Shown: in pieces, positions 37,601 through 52,000 of the stretch | How the letters are laid out: each line of letters begins with the position of its first letter | How positions within the stretch are numbered: position 1 is the stretch's first letter | Assembly: GCA_950097015.1 (NCBI GenBank) | Contig: CATNEN010000039.1 | Coordinates: 2,976,001 to 3,040,000, forward strand | Origin: Macrostomum hystrix | Taxonomy: Eukaryota > Animalia > Platyhelminthes | Reading direction: 5' to 3' | Length of the DNA: 64,000 bases | Position numbers and translations under genes: made by a program | Notes under the pieces: model-generated | Told to the model about the DNA's origin: nothing | What the model saw: only the letters and a program-made list of their open reading frames with translations | Databases searched by the model: none

Positions 37601-38180
37601 AAAGTTGCAGCGCTGACTTTTTAACTTTCAGGGCCGCCTGACCGGCCTGAAGCTCAAGTCTGGCGACCTCTTGCCGGCCCAGCTGTGCGTGGTGGGCATC
37701 GGCGCCGCGCCCAACACGGCCTTCCTGCCACCGAGCCTGCTGGCTGGCGGCAAGGCCGGCGGGCCGCTGCTCGTCGGCTCGGACCTGCGCTCGCCAACCG
37801 ACGCCAACGTCTACGGAGCCGGAGACGTGCTCGGCTACGGCCACTGGCAGACGGCGCAGACTCAGGGCCGCCTGGCAGCCAAGTCGATGCTGGGCAAGCC
37901 GGTCAGGCAGCCGCTGTCCACCTTCTTCTGGACGCTGATGTTCGGCACCGGTGTCCGCTACACCGCCCTGGCAGCCGGCGGCGACGGCCGGCCTTCGACG
38001 CCGTGGAAGCGGGCCGTTGTGGCCGAGCCGCGAGAGGATTTCAAATTCATGACCTACCTGGTTGGCGACAATGACCAGGTGGTGGCTGGCGTGGCCATTG
38101 GCCAGGGCCCGGGCCCCGTGGTGCTGGCTAACCGGCTGGCCAAGGGGCAGCCCATCGACTTGAAGAGCGCCTTGGCCTAG
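34678..38180 (+). CDS. AIFM3: Apoptosis-inducing factor 3-like (Rieske 2Fe-2S plus FAD/NADH oxidoreductase); exons 34678-34690, 34756-34849, about 35582-35816, 35897-36343, 36803-37099, 37632-38180
   Basis: Rieske motifs CPHYGLPL and RCPFHGACFN..SGDIEEAP; FAD motif IIGGGPAA; DRTKLSK; NADH motif IGSSFIALE; VYGAGDV; HWQTAQTQGR; FFWT. The start exon and the exon 3 acceptor are less certain. Confidence 0.9.
34997..35505. repeat. 16-bp minisatellite (GTGTCTCATCTCTCCT)n in AIFM3 intron 2
   Basis: Tandem units; the reverse complement resembles the 3123-5538 unit. Confidence 0.93.
36442..36755. repeat. 21-bp minisatellite (AGCAACCAGTTTTAGGTGGAT)n in AIFM3 intron 4
   Basis: Tandem units read directly. 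Confidence 0.93.
37141..37455. repeat. 23-bp minisatellite (TTCAATTATCACTGCAGTTCACC)n in AIFM3 intron 5
   Basis: Tandem units read directly. Confidence 0.95.
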
Positions 38181-38242
38181 CGGACTGGAGCTGCTTGGAG
38201 ACCGCATGGTTGATTGCTTGATTGACTGAGATTTTACAGTAT

Positions 38243-38930
38243 GGATGCGATTGATAATGGTTAGGATGAGATTGATAATGGTTAGGATGAGATTGATAAT
38301 GGTTAGGATGAGATTGATAATGGCTAGGATGAGATTGATGATGGTTAGGATGAGATTGATAATGGTTAGGATGAGATTGATAATGGTTAGGATGAGATTG
38401 ATAATGGTTAGGATGAGATTGATAATGGTTAGGATGAGATTGATAATAGTTAGGATGAGATTGATAATAGTTAAGATGAGGTTGATAATGGTTAGGATGC
38501 GATTGATAATGGTTAGGATGAGATAGATAATGGTTAGGATGAGATTGATAATGGTTAGGATGCGATTGATAATGGTTAGGATGCGATTGATAATGGTTAG
38601 GATGCGATTGATAATGGTTAGGATGCGATTGATAATGGTTAGGATGCGATTGATAATGGTTAAGATGAGATTGATAATGGTTAGGATGCGATTGATAATG
38701 GTTAGGATGCGACTGATAATGGTTAGGATGCGATTGATAATGGTTAGGATGCGATTGATAATGGTTAGGATGAGATTGATAATGGTTAGGATGAGATTGA
38801 TAATGGTTAGGATGAGATTGATAATGGTTAGGATGAGATTGATAATGGTTAGGATGAGATTGATAATGGTTAGGATGAGATTGATAATGGTTAGGATGAG
38901 ATTGATAATGGTTAGGATGAGATTGATAGG
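38243..38930. repeat. 21-bp minisatellite (GATTGATAATGGTTAGGATGA)n downstream of the AIFM3 stop
   Basis: Tandem units read directly. Confidence 0.97.
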
Positions 38931-39863
38931 TTTAAAAGAGATTGACAGATTTAAAAGAGATTGACAGATTTAGAAGAGATTTCATACTAAAGTCCTAATT
39001 AGAATACTAGCGATCTTCTATGTTCTAGACTCTATGTCATATTAGCTATTCTGTTTTATCGATAGTTTATATATACCCAGCATTCAATGTGCCAGCATAG
39101 TTAGCAATTAGTTTGTTTTCTTAAAAACTTGAATAGAATATTCTAGTAAACTGGCATGGCACACTGAATATTAGATTGCTGTTCTCAATTCTATTCTTTC
39201 TATTCCTATGTTAATCAATTTTTCTCATCTCCGGACCATAAATTTCTTCACATAATTTTCCTGTCTAGTTTTTTTACATTTGAGATTAATTTTTTTCAAT
39301 GTCATTTTGATCGCATATGCTCAACCTAGGGGCTTCAAAACGAGTTAAAAAATTACTCAATCTATATCATCTTATACAATCTATTAGAGTTATTGATATC
39401 AGTTTTACAATCAGATATTTTTATGTATCTTAGCATATGGCGTGCAGTGTTTTCGTGTACTTATTTTTTGCTAAATTTAGTTTTTGGTAATAATTAATGA
39501 ATAAACGAGGCAAAAACTGGCTTATTTAGTAAAAAGTTCTGTACGTGTTACTCATCTGCTTTATAAGTTAACTTGATTTATTTTATAGTTAGACATAAAA
39601 TATAATAGAAATGGCACACGGTTGCACCAGATGTACAGCTGTAGATTTTAAGCGGCAATTGCGCAACTATCCTAATTTCTACCTAGCTGAGCTCCCATTT
39701 TGTAGCTAGGCGATGGGCGACTCGGATTGCTTTGAAAGTTAGTAAATCGTAAAGGTCGGAAAAAGTTGATTCAGATGGTGGACTTTCACGAAAACCGGTC
39801 ATTCGGTTTTGGAGCTATCGTGAATACCCGTCTTCGTCTAGGTCACGAACACAATCTGTCTCC

Positions 39864-39921
39864 CTAGGCCTAGATTCGAACCCACGACTTTTCAGTCAGA
39901 ACTCCGAAGCTCTAACCACTT
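39864..39921 (-). other. tRNA-like fragment with Pol III A/B boxes, probably a decayed SINE head
   Basis: Minus strand reads AGTGGTTAGAGC...GTGGGTTCGAATC; no complete acceptor stem. Confidence 0.45.
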
Positions 39922-40073
39922 TTTTTAACTGAAAAGAAAATTAAAAAAGTCCGAGTTAGAATTATCCCAAAGCAGTTGACCTGACAAATTGTACTCGAAG
40001 TTTATTCTCGTTTATTCAGCCGAATCGTCTGCAATAGCAGCAGCAGCAGCAGCAGCAGCAACCATCTCAGATC

Positions 40074-43000
40074 ATGCAGCATCCAGCCTCCGCCACTTCC
40101 TCATCCTCCGGCGGTGACCGTCAGAGAATTCCGCCAACTCCGCCGCGCCGCTGGCTGCCGCTGGCTCTTTTCCGCCTCGTCGGACTCGTCGTCTGGTCTT
40201 ACCTGCAGGCCTGGGTTCGATTCGGCCAGCGCTGCCTTGGCCTCGCACCCAAGCAGATCAGCGGCCAGATTGTGCTGGTCACTGGCGCCGCCAGCGGCAT
40301 CGGCAGGGCCACAGCCGAGCTATTCGCCAAGCACAAGTGCGCCATCGTGCTCACCGATGTCAGCGTGAGTGGTCCAACCCTTCTCAGGATTGAGTCTGTA
40401 CTCAAGACATGGTTATTTATGTACTCAGGATCGGTTGAGTCCGTTCTCAGAATTGGGTTTTTTTTCTCAACATTGAGCTTTTTCTCAGGTATTTTTCTCA
40501 AATATTTTACCAAGATAACTTCGAAAATTTCACATAGACTGTTAAACAACGCCTTGCCCGACTAGCTGAGATGAGCACTTCCCATTCAGTGCTCACATTT
40601 CAGTTCTGACATTATTTATCACGACCCTATAATGAATCCAGTTAACAACTGCATTGAATAGAGGCTTAAGCACACGTTGAATGCACGCTTAAGTTCTCAG
40701 CCAGTTCTGCCCTGTCTGTCCTTCTCTACCTGCCATTCCACCCCAAGCTCCTGCCGAAAACGTCACCCCTACGTTTAACTTGGGCTTCTGATGGCTGCCC
40801 ACACGATCACAATCCTATGTGGCTGTTCATTCACTAACACACTCAGCATGGATACTATGCATGAGTAGTTTGTTAGGCAAATTGATAACTAATTCACTCA
40901 CGTCTCTTGCTATCTACCTATGTACTTTGTTAGTCCATCTCGTGTGACTTGAGCTTCAGTTATCAGAAGCTCCATCAATCAGAAACCCACCCAATAAACC
41001 AGAAACCCACACAATAAACCAGAAACCCACCAAATCAATCAGAAACCCATCCAATCAATCAGAAACCCACCAATCAATCAGAAACCCATCCAATCAATCA
41101 GAAACCCATCCAATCAATCAGAAACCCATCCAATCAATCAGAAACCCATCCAATCAATCAGAAACCCATCCAATCAATCAGAAACCCATCCAATCAATCA
41201 GAAACCCATCCAATCAATCAGAAACCCACCAAATCAATCAGAAACCCATCCAATCAATCAGAAACCCATCCAATCAATCAGAAACCCACCAAATCAATCA
41301 GAAACCCATCCAATCAATCAGAAACCCATCAAATCAATCAGAAACCCATCCAATCAATCAGAAACCCATCAAATCAATCAGAAACCCATCCAATCAATCA
41401 GAAACCCATCCAATCAATCAGAAACCCATCCAATCAATCAGAAACCCACCAATCAATCAGAAACCCATCCAATCAATCAGAAACCCATCCAATCAATCAG
41501 AAACCCATCAAATCAATCAGAAACCCACCAATCAATCAGAAACCCATCCAATCAATCAGAAACCCATCAAATCAATCAGAAACCCACCAATCAATCAGAA
41601 ACCCATCCAATCAATCAGAAACCCATCAAATCAATCAGAAACCCATCCAATCAATCAGAAACTCATCCAATCAATCAGAAACCCATCAAATCAATCAGAA
41701 ACCCACCAAATCAATCAGAAACCCATCCAATCAATCTGAAACCCATCCAATCAATCAGAAACCCATCAAATCAATCAGAAACCCATCCAATCAATCAGAA
41801 ACCCATCAAATCAATCAGAAACCCATCCAATCAATCAGAAACCCATCAAATCAATCAGAAACCCACCAAATCAATCAGAAACCCACCAAATCAATCAGAA
41901 ACCCATCAAATCAATCAGAAACCCACCAAATCAATCAGAAACCCATCCAATCAATCAGAAACCCACCTCATCAATCAGAAACCCATCCAATCAATCAGAA
42001 ACCCACCCAATCAATCAGAAACCCACCTCATCAATCAGAAACCCATCCAATCAATCAGAAACCCATCCAATCAATCAGAAACCCATCAAATCAATCAGAA
42101 ACCCATCCAATCAATCAGAAACCCACCAAATCAATCAGAAACCCATCCAATCAATCAGAAACCCATCCAATCAATCAGAAACCCATCCAATCAATCAGAA
42201 ACCCATCCAATCAATCAGAAACCCATCCAATCAATCAGAAACCCATCAAATCAATCAGAAACCCATCCAATCAATCTGAAACCCATCCAATCAATCAGAA
42301 ACCCATCAAATCAATCAGAAACCCATCCAATCAATCAGAAACCCATCAAATCAATCAGAAACCCATCCAATCAATCAGAAACCCATCCAATCAATCAGAA
42401 ACCCATCAAATCAATCAGAAACCCACCAAATCAATCAGAAACCCATCAAATCAATCAGAAACCCACCAAATCAATCAGAAACCCATCCAATCAATCAGAA
42501 ACCCATCAAATCAATCAGAAACCCATCAAATCAATCAGAAACCCATCAAATCAATCAGAAACCCATCAAATCAATCAGAAACCCACCAAATCAATCAGAA
42601 ACCCATCAAATCAATCAGAAACCCACCAAATCAATCAGAAACCCATCCAATCAATCAGAAACCCATCCAATCAATCAGAAACCCATCCAATCAATCAGAA
42701 ACCCATCAAATCAATCAGAAACCCATTAAATCAATCAGCAACCCATCCAATCAATCAGAAACCCATCCAATCAATCAGAAACCCACCAAATCAATCAGAA
42801 ACCCATCCAATCAATCAGAAACCCACCTCATCAATCAGAAACCCACCCAATCAATCAGAAACCCACCTCATCAATCAGAAACCCACCCAATCAATCAGAA
42901 ACCCACCTCATCAATCAGAAACCCATCCAATCAATCAGAAACCCACCCAATCAATCAGAAACCCACCTCATCAATCAGAAACCCATCCAATCAATCAGAA

Positions 43001-46000
43001 ACCCATCCAATCAATCAGAAACCCATCAAATCAATCAGAAACCCATCCAATCAATCAGAAACCCACCAAATCAATCAGAAACCCATCCAATCAATCAGAA
43101 ACCCATCCAATCAATCAGAAACCCATCCAATCAATCAGAAACCCATCCAATCAATCAGAAACCCATCCAATCAATCAGAAACCCATCAAATCAATCAGAA
43201 ACCCATCCAATCAATCTGAAACCCATCCAATCAATCAGAAACCCATCAAATCAATCAGAAACCCATCCAATCAATCAGAAACCCATCAAATCAATCAGAA
43301 ACCCATCCAATCAATCAGAAACCCATCCAATCAATCAGAAACCCATCAAATCAATCAGAAACCCACCAAATCAATCAGAAACCCATCAAATCAATCAGAA
43401 ACCCACCAAATCAATCAGAAACCCATCCAATCAATCAGAAACCCATCAAATCAATCAGAAACCCATCAAATCAATCAGAAACCCATCAAATCAATCAGAA
43501 ACCCATCAAATCAATCAGAAACCCACCAAATCAATCAGAAACCCACCAAATCAATCAGAAACCCATCAAATCAATCAGAAACCCACCAAATCAATCAGAA
43601 ACCCATCCAATCAATCAGAAACCCATCCAATCAATCAGAAACCCATCCAATCAATCAGAAACCCATCAAATCAATCAGAAACCCATCAAATCAATCAGCA
43701 ACCCATCCAATCAATCAGAAACCCATCCAATCAATCAGAAACCCACCAAATCAATCAGAAACCCATCCAATCAATCAGAAACCCATCAAATCAATCAGAA
43801 ACCCACCAAATCAATCAGAAACCCACCCTATTAAACCAGAAACCCACCCAATAAAACAGAAACCCACCCAATCAATCAGAAACCTACCAAATCAATCAGA
43901 AACCCACCAAATCAATCAGAAACCCACCCAATCAATCAGAAACCCACCTCATCAATCAGAAACCCACCCAATCAATCAGAAACCCACCTCATCAATCAGA
44001 AACCCATCCAATCAATCAGAAACCCATCCAATCAATCAGAAACCCATCAAATCAATCAGAAACCCATCCAATCAATCAGAAACCCACCAAATCAATCAGA
44101 AACCCATCCAATCAATCAGAAACCCACCAAATCAATCAGAAACCCATCCAATCAATCAGAAACCCACCAAATCAATCAGAAACCCATCCAATCAATCAGA
44201 AACCCATCCAATCAATCAGAAACCCACCAAATCAATCAGAAACCCATCCAATCAATCAGAAACCCATCCAATCAATCAGAAACCCATCAAATCAATCAGA
44301 AACCCACCAATCAATCAGAAACCCATCCAATCAATCAGAAACCCATCAAATCAATCAGAAACCCACAAATCAATCAGAAACCCATCAAATCAATCAGAAA
44401 CCCATCAAATCAATCAGAAACCCACCAATCAATCAGAAACTCATCCAATCAATCTGAAACCCATCCAATCAATCAGAAACCCATCAAATCAATCAGAAAC
44501 CCACCAAATCAATCAGAAACCCACCCTATTAAACCAGAAACCCATCCAATAAAACAGAAACCCACCCAATCAATCAGAAACCCACCCAATCAATCAGAAA
44601 CCTACTGAAATAACTCTAGACTGGTGGTATTTAGAACGAAACGTAAACAGTCAGAGCTCCACGCTCCTGAGAACAGCGATATATATTTTATGCGACGGCA
44701 CGTTGGGTGTAAGGATTAGGGGGTGATAAAATAGAGCGAACAATGATTTGAAAGTCAGCCAGTTAACCAAACGGCTGCCAGCGCGGTGTACTCAGCGTAC
44801 GCGCGCTGGCTGCACATGGCTGCACCGGACAATGAAATGATATTCAGCCAGTTAACAGACAGCTGCCAGCGCGGTGTACTCAGCGTATACGCGCTGGCTG
44901 CAAGTCACTACATAACACTTCTCCCACCATAGTTCAGACGGTCTGGGCTCTTGCGGATCCTGGTCGATCTTCGAGGCACGTGCTGCGGTGATTGATCCTG
45001 CCGCTGCTGCTGCTGCGGTGCCATTGTTGGAGGCGTTGGCGGTGGCTGATGTAGTGATGTCGGCGGCGGCGGCGGTGGGGGCGGCGGCGGCGGCGGCGGC
45101 GGCGTTGTCGGTGTCGACGATGGCGGCGGTGCCAGTGGTAGGGGCGGTGGCAGTTGTGGCGGCTGACAGACCAGCCCCCGAGGCTGTTGGTCCACATTGC
45201 GGTGAGTCGTATCGCACCGCATCTGGTTTGCATGGCGCCGAACCGTTCTGTTGTCCGGCAGGTTGCACTGGTACCAGTTGCTGCCTTCAATGCCCACCAC
45301 CGTTGCTCGCGTCCAGCTCCGTTCCTTTCCACAGCTGAAGTCTTGAACGAACACTGCCTCGCCCTCCGCGAAGCTCCGCCCGTGCGCCCCAGAGTCATGC
45401 TGCAGCCTTTGCTTCTCCTGGTTCTCGAGGACCCGCTTGGCAATGTCTGGCCTGGGTACATCGAGGAGCGTTCGCAGCGAACGGCGCATCAGTAGCTCAC
45501 AAGGAGCCACTCCTGTCGTTGGGTGCGGCGTTGTGCGGTAACTCAGCAAGAATCTCGCCAGCTGCGTCTCCAGAGAGTTGCCGTCGCTCGCTTGTTTTTT
45601 CAGAGAGCTCTTGACGGTCTGCACAGTTCGTTCGGCTTGGCCATTCGAAGCTGGGTGGTAGGGCGGCGTGCGGATGTGCCGAATGCCGTTCTTAGCACAG
45701 AAGGTTTCGAACTCCGAGCTTGCGAAGCAGGGACCGTTGTCCGAGACAATAGCATCCGGCAGGCCGTGGGCACTGAAGGTCTGTCGTAGCTTCTCTATCG
45801 TTGCAGAGCTTGTCGTTGCCGACGTCACGTGAACGTCGATCCACTTGGAGTAGGAGTCGACTACCACCAGGAGCATTCTTCCTTGGACGGGCCCTGCGAA
45901 GTCGATGTGAATCCGCGACCAGGGCCTTGTCGGCAGCGGCCACGGTTGCAGTGGCACCTCCGGACCGACTCGCTGGTGCTTCTGGCACTCCTGGCATCCC

Positions 46001-49000
46001 GCTGCCTTCGCCTCGATATCACAGTCCATGCCGGGCCACCAGATGTAGCTCCTGGCCAGCGACTTCATGCGGGACGCGCCAGGGTGTGCGACGTGCAGCG
46101 ATTCCAGGAGACTGGATCGACAGGCCTCCGGAATGACGACGCGGCAGCCCCAAAGAATGCAGCCGTCTTGGACCGAGAGCTCCTGTAGGCGTTTGCCGAA
46201 GGGCGTGAGGTCAGGGGACAGGGATCCCTTGTCCGGCCAGGCAGAGAGACAGAAACGAATTACCTGAGACAATGTGGCATCGCGGCGTGACCAGTTACGC
46301 ACATCTGATGAAGTCACCGGACCGGCGTCGAGGCAGTCCATCACTTGAATGACTTCCGGTGGCACTGGAACGTCCTTGGGCCCGCTTGATGCAGGAAGGC
46401 GGCTCAGGGCGTCCGCCCGGAGCATAGAGGTCCCGCTGCGATGTACTAGACGGTAGCGATAGGCTGTCAGGAGCAGCGCCCATCGTTGAACTCGGCCGGA
46501 CGCCAACGTTGGAAGCGGCCGTTCCTGCCCAAGGAGGCCTAACAGCGGCCGATGGTCCGTCAGCAGGTTGAACTCTCGGCCAAACAGATACTGGTGGAAT
46601 TTTCTGACGCCAAAGACCAGCGCGAGTGCCTCCTTCTCCAGCTGACAGTAGTTCTTCTCAGTGGCACTGAGACTGCGCGAAGCGTACGCGATCGGTTTGT
46701 CCATGCCGTTCTGACGATGGAAGATGACAGCGCCCAGGCCGTACTGCGAGGCGTCGCACTCCAGGTAGAGGTCCTCTGCCGCATTGTAGTGCACCAGGAC
46801 ACTTGGATGCGTGAGTAGCTGCTTTGCTGCGGCAAACGCTTTGGCCTCACCGCGGTCCCACCGCCACTTCGAGTTTTTCTCCAGCAGCCGGTGTAGCGGT
46901 GCCAGCACGCTGGAGAGATTCGGCAGGAACTTCCCGTAATAGTTGATGAGGCCCAAGAAGCTCCTGAGCTGAGTCGTGTTCGTCGGTGCTGGTGCATCTA
47001 GCACGGCTTGGACTTTGTCGTCGAGTGGGTGCAGTCCCTCTGCGTCGATGCGGTGACCCAGGTACGTGACCTCGTCCTGGAAGAATCTGCACTTCTCGAG
47101 CTTGCAGGTCAGGCCGGATTCCTTGAAGACCCTCAGGACCTCTCTGAGATTGTGCAGATGGCTCGCGTCGTCCTCTCCCGTGATGATGACATCATCGATG
47201 AAGGATGCTGTGTGCGGAATTCCACGCAGCAGGTTGTCCATCACTCGTTGGAAGACGCTTGGGGCAATCGACACCCCAAAAGGCAGTCGGGTGTAGCGCA
47301 GGAGTCCGACGGAAGTGTTGATTGTACAGACCTCTTGGGCTTCCTCGTCCAGCGGAAGCTGCATAAATGCGTTGGTCAGGTCCAGCTTAGAGAACTTTTG
47401 CCCGCCAGTCAGCCGGGCGAACAGTTCGTCGATGTTTGGCAGGGGGTACGCCTCCGGCCGAATCGCTGTGTTGACTCCCTGCTTGAAATCTGCACAGACG
47501 CGGACGCTGCCGTCCGATTTCATCACTGGCACGATCGGTGACGCCCAGTCGGAGTTCTTGACCGGCATCAGCACTCCTTGGTCGATTTCCTTCTGCAGCT
47601 GCTGTTCGACTTTTTCACGCAGCGCGAAAGGAACAGGTCGCGCCTTGAAGAACTTCGGTCTTGCGGTCTCCTTGAGACTGATAGACACTGGCTTGCCGTT
47701 GAACTCTCCCAGGCCTTGGAAGACATCTGAGAACTCCTTGATGAGCTTCTCAGCAGGGTCACCGATGCGCTTGACCGACTGCCAGTCCAGGCGCAGCTGA
47801 GCCAGCCAATCCCGACCGAGGAGGCTCGGACCGTCGCCGGCGACAACGAGAAGCCGCAGTTGCGCTTCATCAGAGTCGGCGGACACTCGCACGCGGACGG
47901 ACAGCTGGCCGAGCACGCGCACGGCCTGACCGGTGTAGGTGCTGAGTTGAATCGTTGACCGGGACAGTGTAACCAGTCCGTCCAGGTTCGCCTTGAATGT
48001 GCGCTCAGACATCAGCGATACAGATGCACCTGTGTCTACCTCCATCTCGTGCTGCCGCCCTTCGATAAAAACCGATGTCCTGATCGGTGGAAAACTTGAC
48101 TGCGGCCGATCCGCCCCCAGATGATAAAACGGATACGACACCTCATCTGGACTCGCGCTCGTGGTCACCTGCTCCACCAGCTGGTGTGTCTGCTGCTGCC
48201 GCAGTGCATCTGTCTTACAGGCCTTCGCTGTGTGTCCGGTCTTGCTGCACTTAAAGCAGCGCTTGTCCACGAAGGGGCACTTGCTGGCCAGGTGACGGGT
48301 TGAGAGACAGCGAAAGCAGCGCCGACGACTTTCGGCTCCCAGCTGTCTGCTGTCTTCCTCTGGTCGCTGCCGCTCCATCCGTAGCACAGCGTCGCTTTCC
48401 GTCGATGGCGTCGGTGCTGCCGAGTTCGCTGATCCCAGCGACCGGCAGTTGATGGCTGCCGATTCGCCCGCCCGAGCGATCTCCTTTGCTGTGTCGAGGG
48501 TGAGGGTCGGCTCCATCAGCAGCCGGCGTTGGATTTGCTGATCCGCGATGCCGCACACCAGTCTGTCCCGCAGCATGTCCGACAAGCTGTTGCCAAAGTT
48601 GCAGAACTCGGCCAGCTTCCGCAGCTCTGCCAGAAACTCTGCCACAGTCTCTCCAGCACGCTGGGCTCGGTTGTTAAAGTGGAACCTTTGGACGATCTCA
48701 CTTGGTCTCGGGTTGAAATGACCGCTCAGCAGCGAACAGATGTCGTCGTACGATTTGCCAGCAACTTTGGCTGGAGAGCACAGGCTTCTAGCCAATTGAA
48801 ACGTCTTCCTTCCACAGACACTCAGCAGGGTTGCTCTCTTCTTGCCCTCGTCAGTGATGTCCTGGGCGAGAAAATGCTGCTCCAGGCGCTCCTGGTATTC
48901 ATCCCAGGTTTCGACGGAGTCTTCAAATTCTCCGATTCCGTGGGCCGGCATGGCTGGGCCCAAGTCTCGTCGCCACTGAAATAACTCTAGACTGGTGGTA

Positions 49001-52000
49001 TTTAGAACGAAACGTAAACAGTCAGAGCTCCACGCTCCTGAGAACAGCGATATATATTTTATGCGACGGCACGTTGGGTGTAAGGATTAGGGGGTGATAA
49101 AATAGAGCGAACAATGATTTGAAAGTCAGCCAGTTAACCAAACGGCTGCCAGCGCGGTGTACTCAGCGTACGCGCGCTGGCTGCACATGGCTGCACCGGA
49201 CAATGAAATGATATTCAGCCAGTTAACAGACAGCTGCCAGCGCGGTGTACTCAGCGTATACGCGCTGGCTGCAAGTCACTACATAACACCTACCAAATCA
49301 ATCAGAAACCCACCAAATCAATCAGAAACCCACCCAATCAATCAGAAACCCACCTCATCAATCAGAAACCCACCCAATCAATCAGAAACCCTCCTCATCA
49401 ATCAGAAACCCACCCAATCAATCAAAAACCCATCCAATCAATCAGAAACCCATCCAATCAATCAGAAACCCATCAAATCAATCAGAAACCCATCCAATCA
49501 ATCAGAAACCCACCAAATCAATCAGAAACCCATCCAATCAATCAGAAACCCACCAAATCAATCAGAAACCCATCCAATCAATCAGAAACCCACCAAATCA
49601 ATCAGAAACCCATCCAATCAATCAGAAACCCATCCAATCAATCAGAAACCCATCCAATCAATCAGAAACCCATCCAATCAATCAGAAACCCATCCAATCA
49701 ATCAGAAACCCATCAAATCAATCAGAAACCCATCCAATCAATCAGAAACCCATCAAATCAATCAGAAACCCATCCAATCAATCAGAAACCCATCCAATCA
49801 ATCAGAAACCCATCCAATCAATCAGAAACCCACCAATCAATCAGAAACCCATCCAATCAATCAGAAACCCATCAAATCAATCAGAAACCCACCAATCAAT
49901 CAGAAACCCATCCAATCAATCAGAAACCCATCAAATCAATCAGAAACCCACCAATCAATCAGAAACCCATCCAATCAATCAGAAACCCATCCAATCAATC
50001 AGAAACCCATCCAATCAATCAGAAACCCATCAAATCAATCAGAAACCCACCAATCAATCAGAAACCCATCCAATCAATCAGAAACCCATCCAATCAATCA
50101 GAAACCCACCAATCAATCAGAAACCCATCAAATCAATCAGAAACCCATCAAATCAATCAGAAACCCACCAATCAATCAGAAACCCATCCAATCAATCAGA
50201 AACCCATCCAATCAATCAGAAACCCATCCAATCAATCAGAAACCCATCAAATCAATCAGAAACCCATCAAATCAATCAGCAACCCATCCAATCAATCAGA
50301 AACCCATCCAATCAATCAGAAACCCACCAAATCAATCAGAAACCCATCCAATCAATCAGAAACCCATCAAATCAATCAGAAACCCACCAAATCAATCAGA
50401 AACCCACCCTATTAAACCAGAAACCCACCCAATAAAACAGAAACCCACCCAATCAATCAGAAACCTACCAAATCAATCAGAAACCCACCAAATCAATCAG
50501 AAACCCACCCAATCAATCAGAAACCCACCTCATCAATCAGAAACCCACCCAATCAATCAAAAACCCTTCTCAGTAGTTAATTATGAATGCCAATCATGAA
50601 TCCTTGAGTATCCCTAACCCCGATAGTCCACCGTGCACGACGTGGCGAAGTCGCTGGAGGCGCAGGGCCACCTCACTGCCAGCTACCAGATGGATGTAAC
50701 CAGGCCGGACTCGGTGGCCGACTGCCTGGCCGACGTTGTTCGCCGATTTGGCAAGCTGGACATCCTGGTCAGCAATGCCGGGGTGCTGCAGGGCCGCTCG
50801 CTGCTGGACCTCTCCGAGGAGCAAATCCGCGCCACCATCGACGTCAACTTGATGGGCACCATCTGGGTAGTTGATTTAATTAAACTCATTTTGTCTTACT
50901 TTTAGCAGACAGACTCCAACTTTATCAAACTCCAGATCCCAACTCAATCCGACCCCAGATCCCAACTCCATCCAACCCCAGATCCCAACTCAATCCATCC
51001 CCAGATCCCAACTCCATCCAACCCCAGATCCCAACTCAATCCATCCCCAGATCCCAACTCAATCCAACCCTAGATCCCAACTCCATCCAACCCCAGATCC
51101 CAACTCAATCCAACTTCAGATCCCAACTCCATCCTACCCCAGATCCCAACTCCATCCAACCCCAGATCCCAACTCCCAACTTCTAATTTCCTTCTAAACT
51201 AATTGGCAGGTGATCCGCGCCGCTCTTCCGCACATGATCAAGCGGGGTCGCGGCCACATTGTGTCCGTTGCCAGCATGGCCGCCTGCGTCGGAGTCGCCT
51301 ACTGCACCGACTACAGGTGAGGGTTGGGTTGGGATCTGGTGTGGGTTGGGATCTGGTGTGGGTTGGGTTCTGGTGTGGGTTGGGTTCTGGTGTGGGTTGG
51401 GTTCTGTTGTGGGTTGGGTTCTGGTGTGGGTTGGGTTCTGGTATAGGTTGGGTTCTATTGTGGTTTGGGTTCTGGTGTGGGTTGGGTTCTGGTGTGGGTT
51501 GGGTTCTGGTATAGGTTGGGTTCTGGTGTGGGTTGGGTTCTGGTGTGGGTTGGGTTCTGGTATAGGTTGGGTTCTGTTGTGGGTTGGGTTCTGGTGTGGG
51601 TTGGGTTCTGTTGTGGGTTGGGTTCTGGTGTGGGTTGGGTTCTGGTATAGGTTGGGTTCTATTGTGGTTTGGGTTCTGGTGTGGGTTGGGTTCTGGTGTG
51701 GGTTGGGTTCTGGTATAGGTTGGGTTCTGGTGTGGGTTGGGTTCTGGTGTGGGTTGGGTTCTGGTATAGGTTGGGTTCTGTTGTGGGTTGGGTTCTGGTG
51801 TGGGTTGGGTTCTGTTGTGGGTTGGGTTCTGGTGTGGGTTGGGTTCTGGTATAGGTTGGGTTCTGGTGTGGGTTGGGTTCTGGTGTGGGTTGGGTTCTGG
51901 TATAGGTTGGGTTCTGGTGTGGGTTGGGTTCTGGTGTGGGTTGGGTTCTGGTATAGGTTGGGTTCTGTTGTGGGTTGGGTTCTGGTGTGGGTTGGGTTCT

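Noticed and set aside
39864-39921. Functional tRNA gene
   Set aside because: A/B boxes are present but the 5' acceptor strand is missing; treated as a SINE or pseudo-tRNA remnant.
44852-48984. Many short overlapping ORFs within the Gypsy element
   Set aside because: Shadow frames of a GC-rich gag-pol; no env-like or accessory gene is supported.
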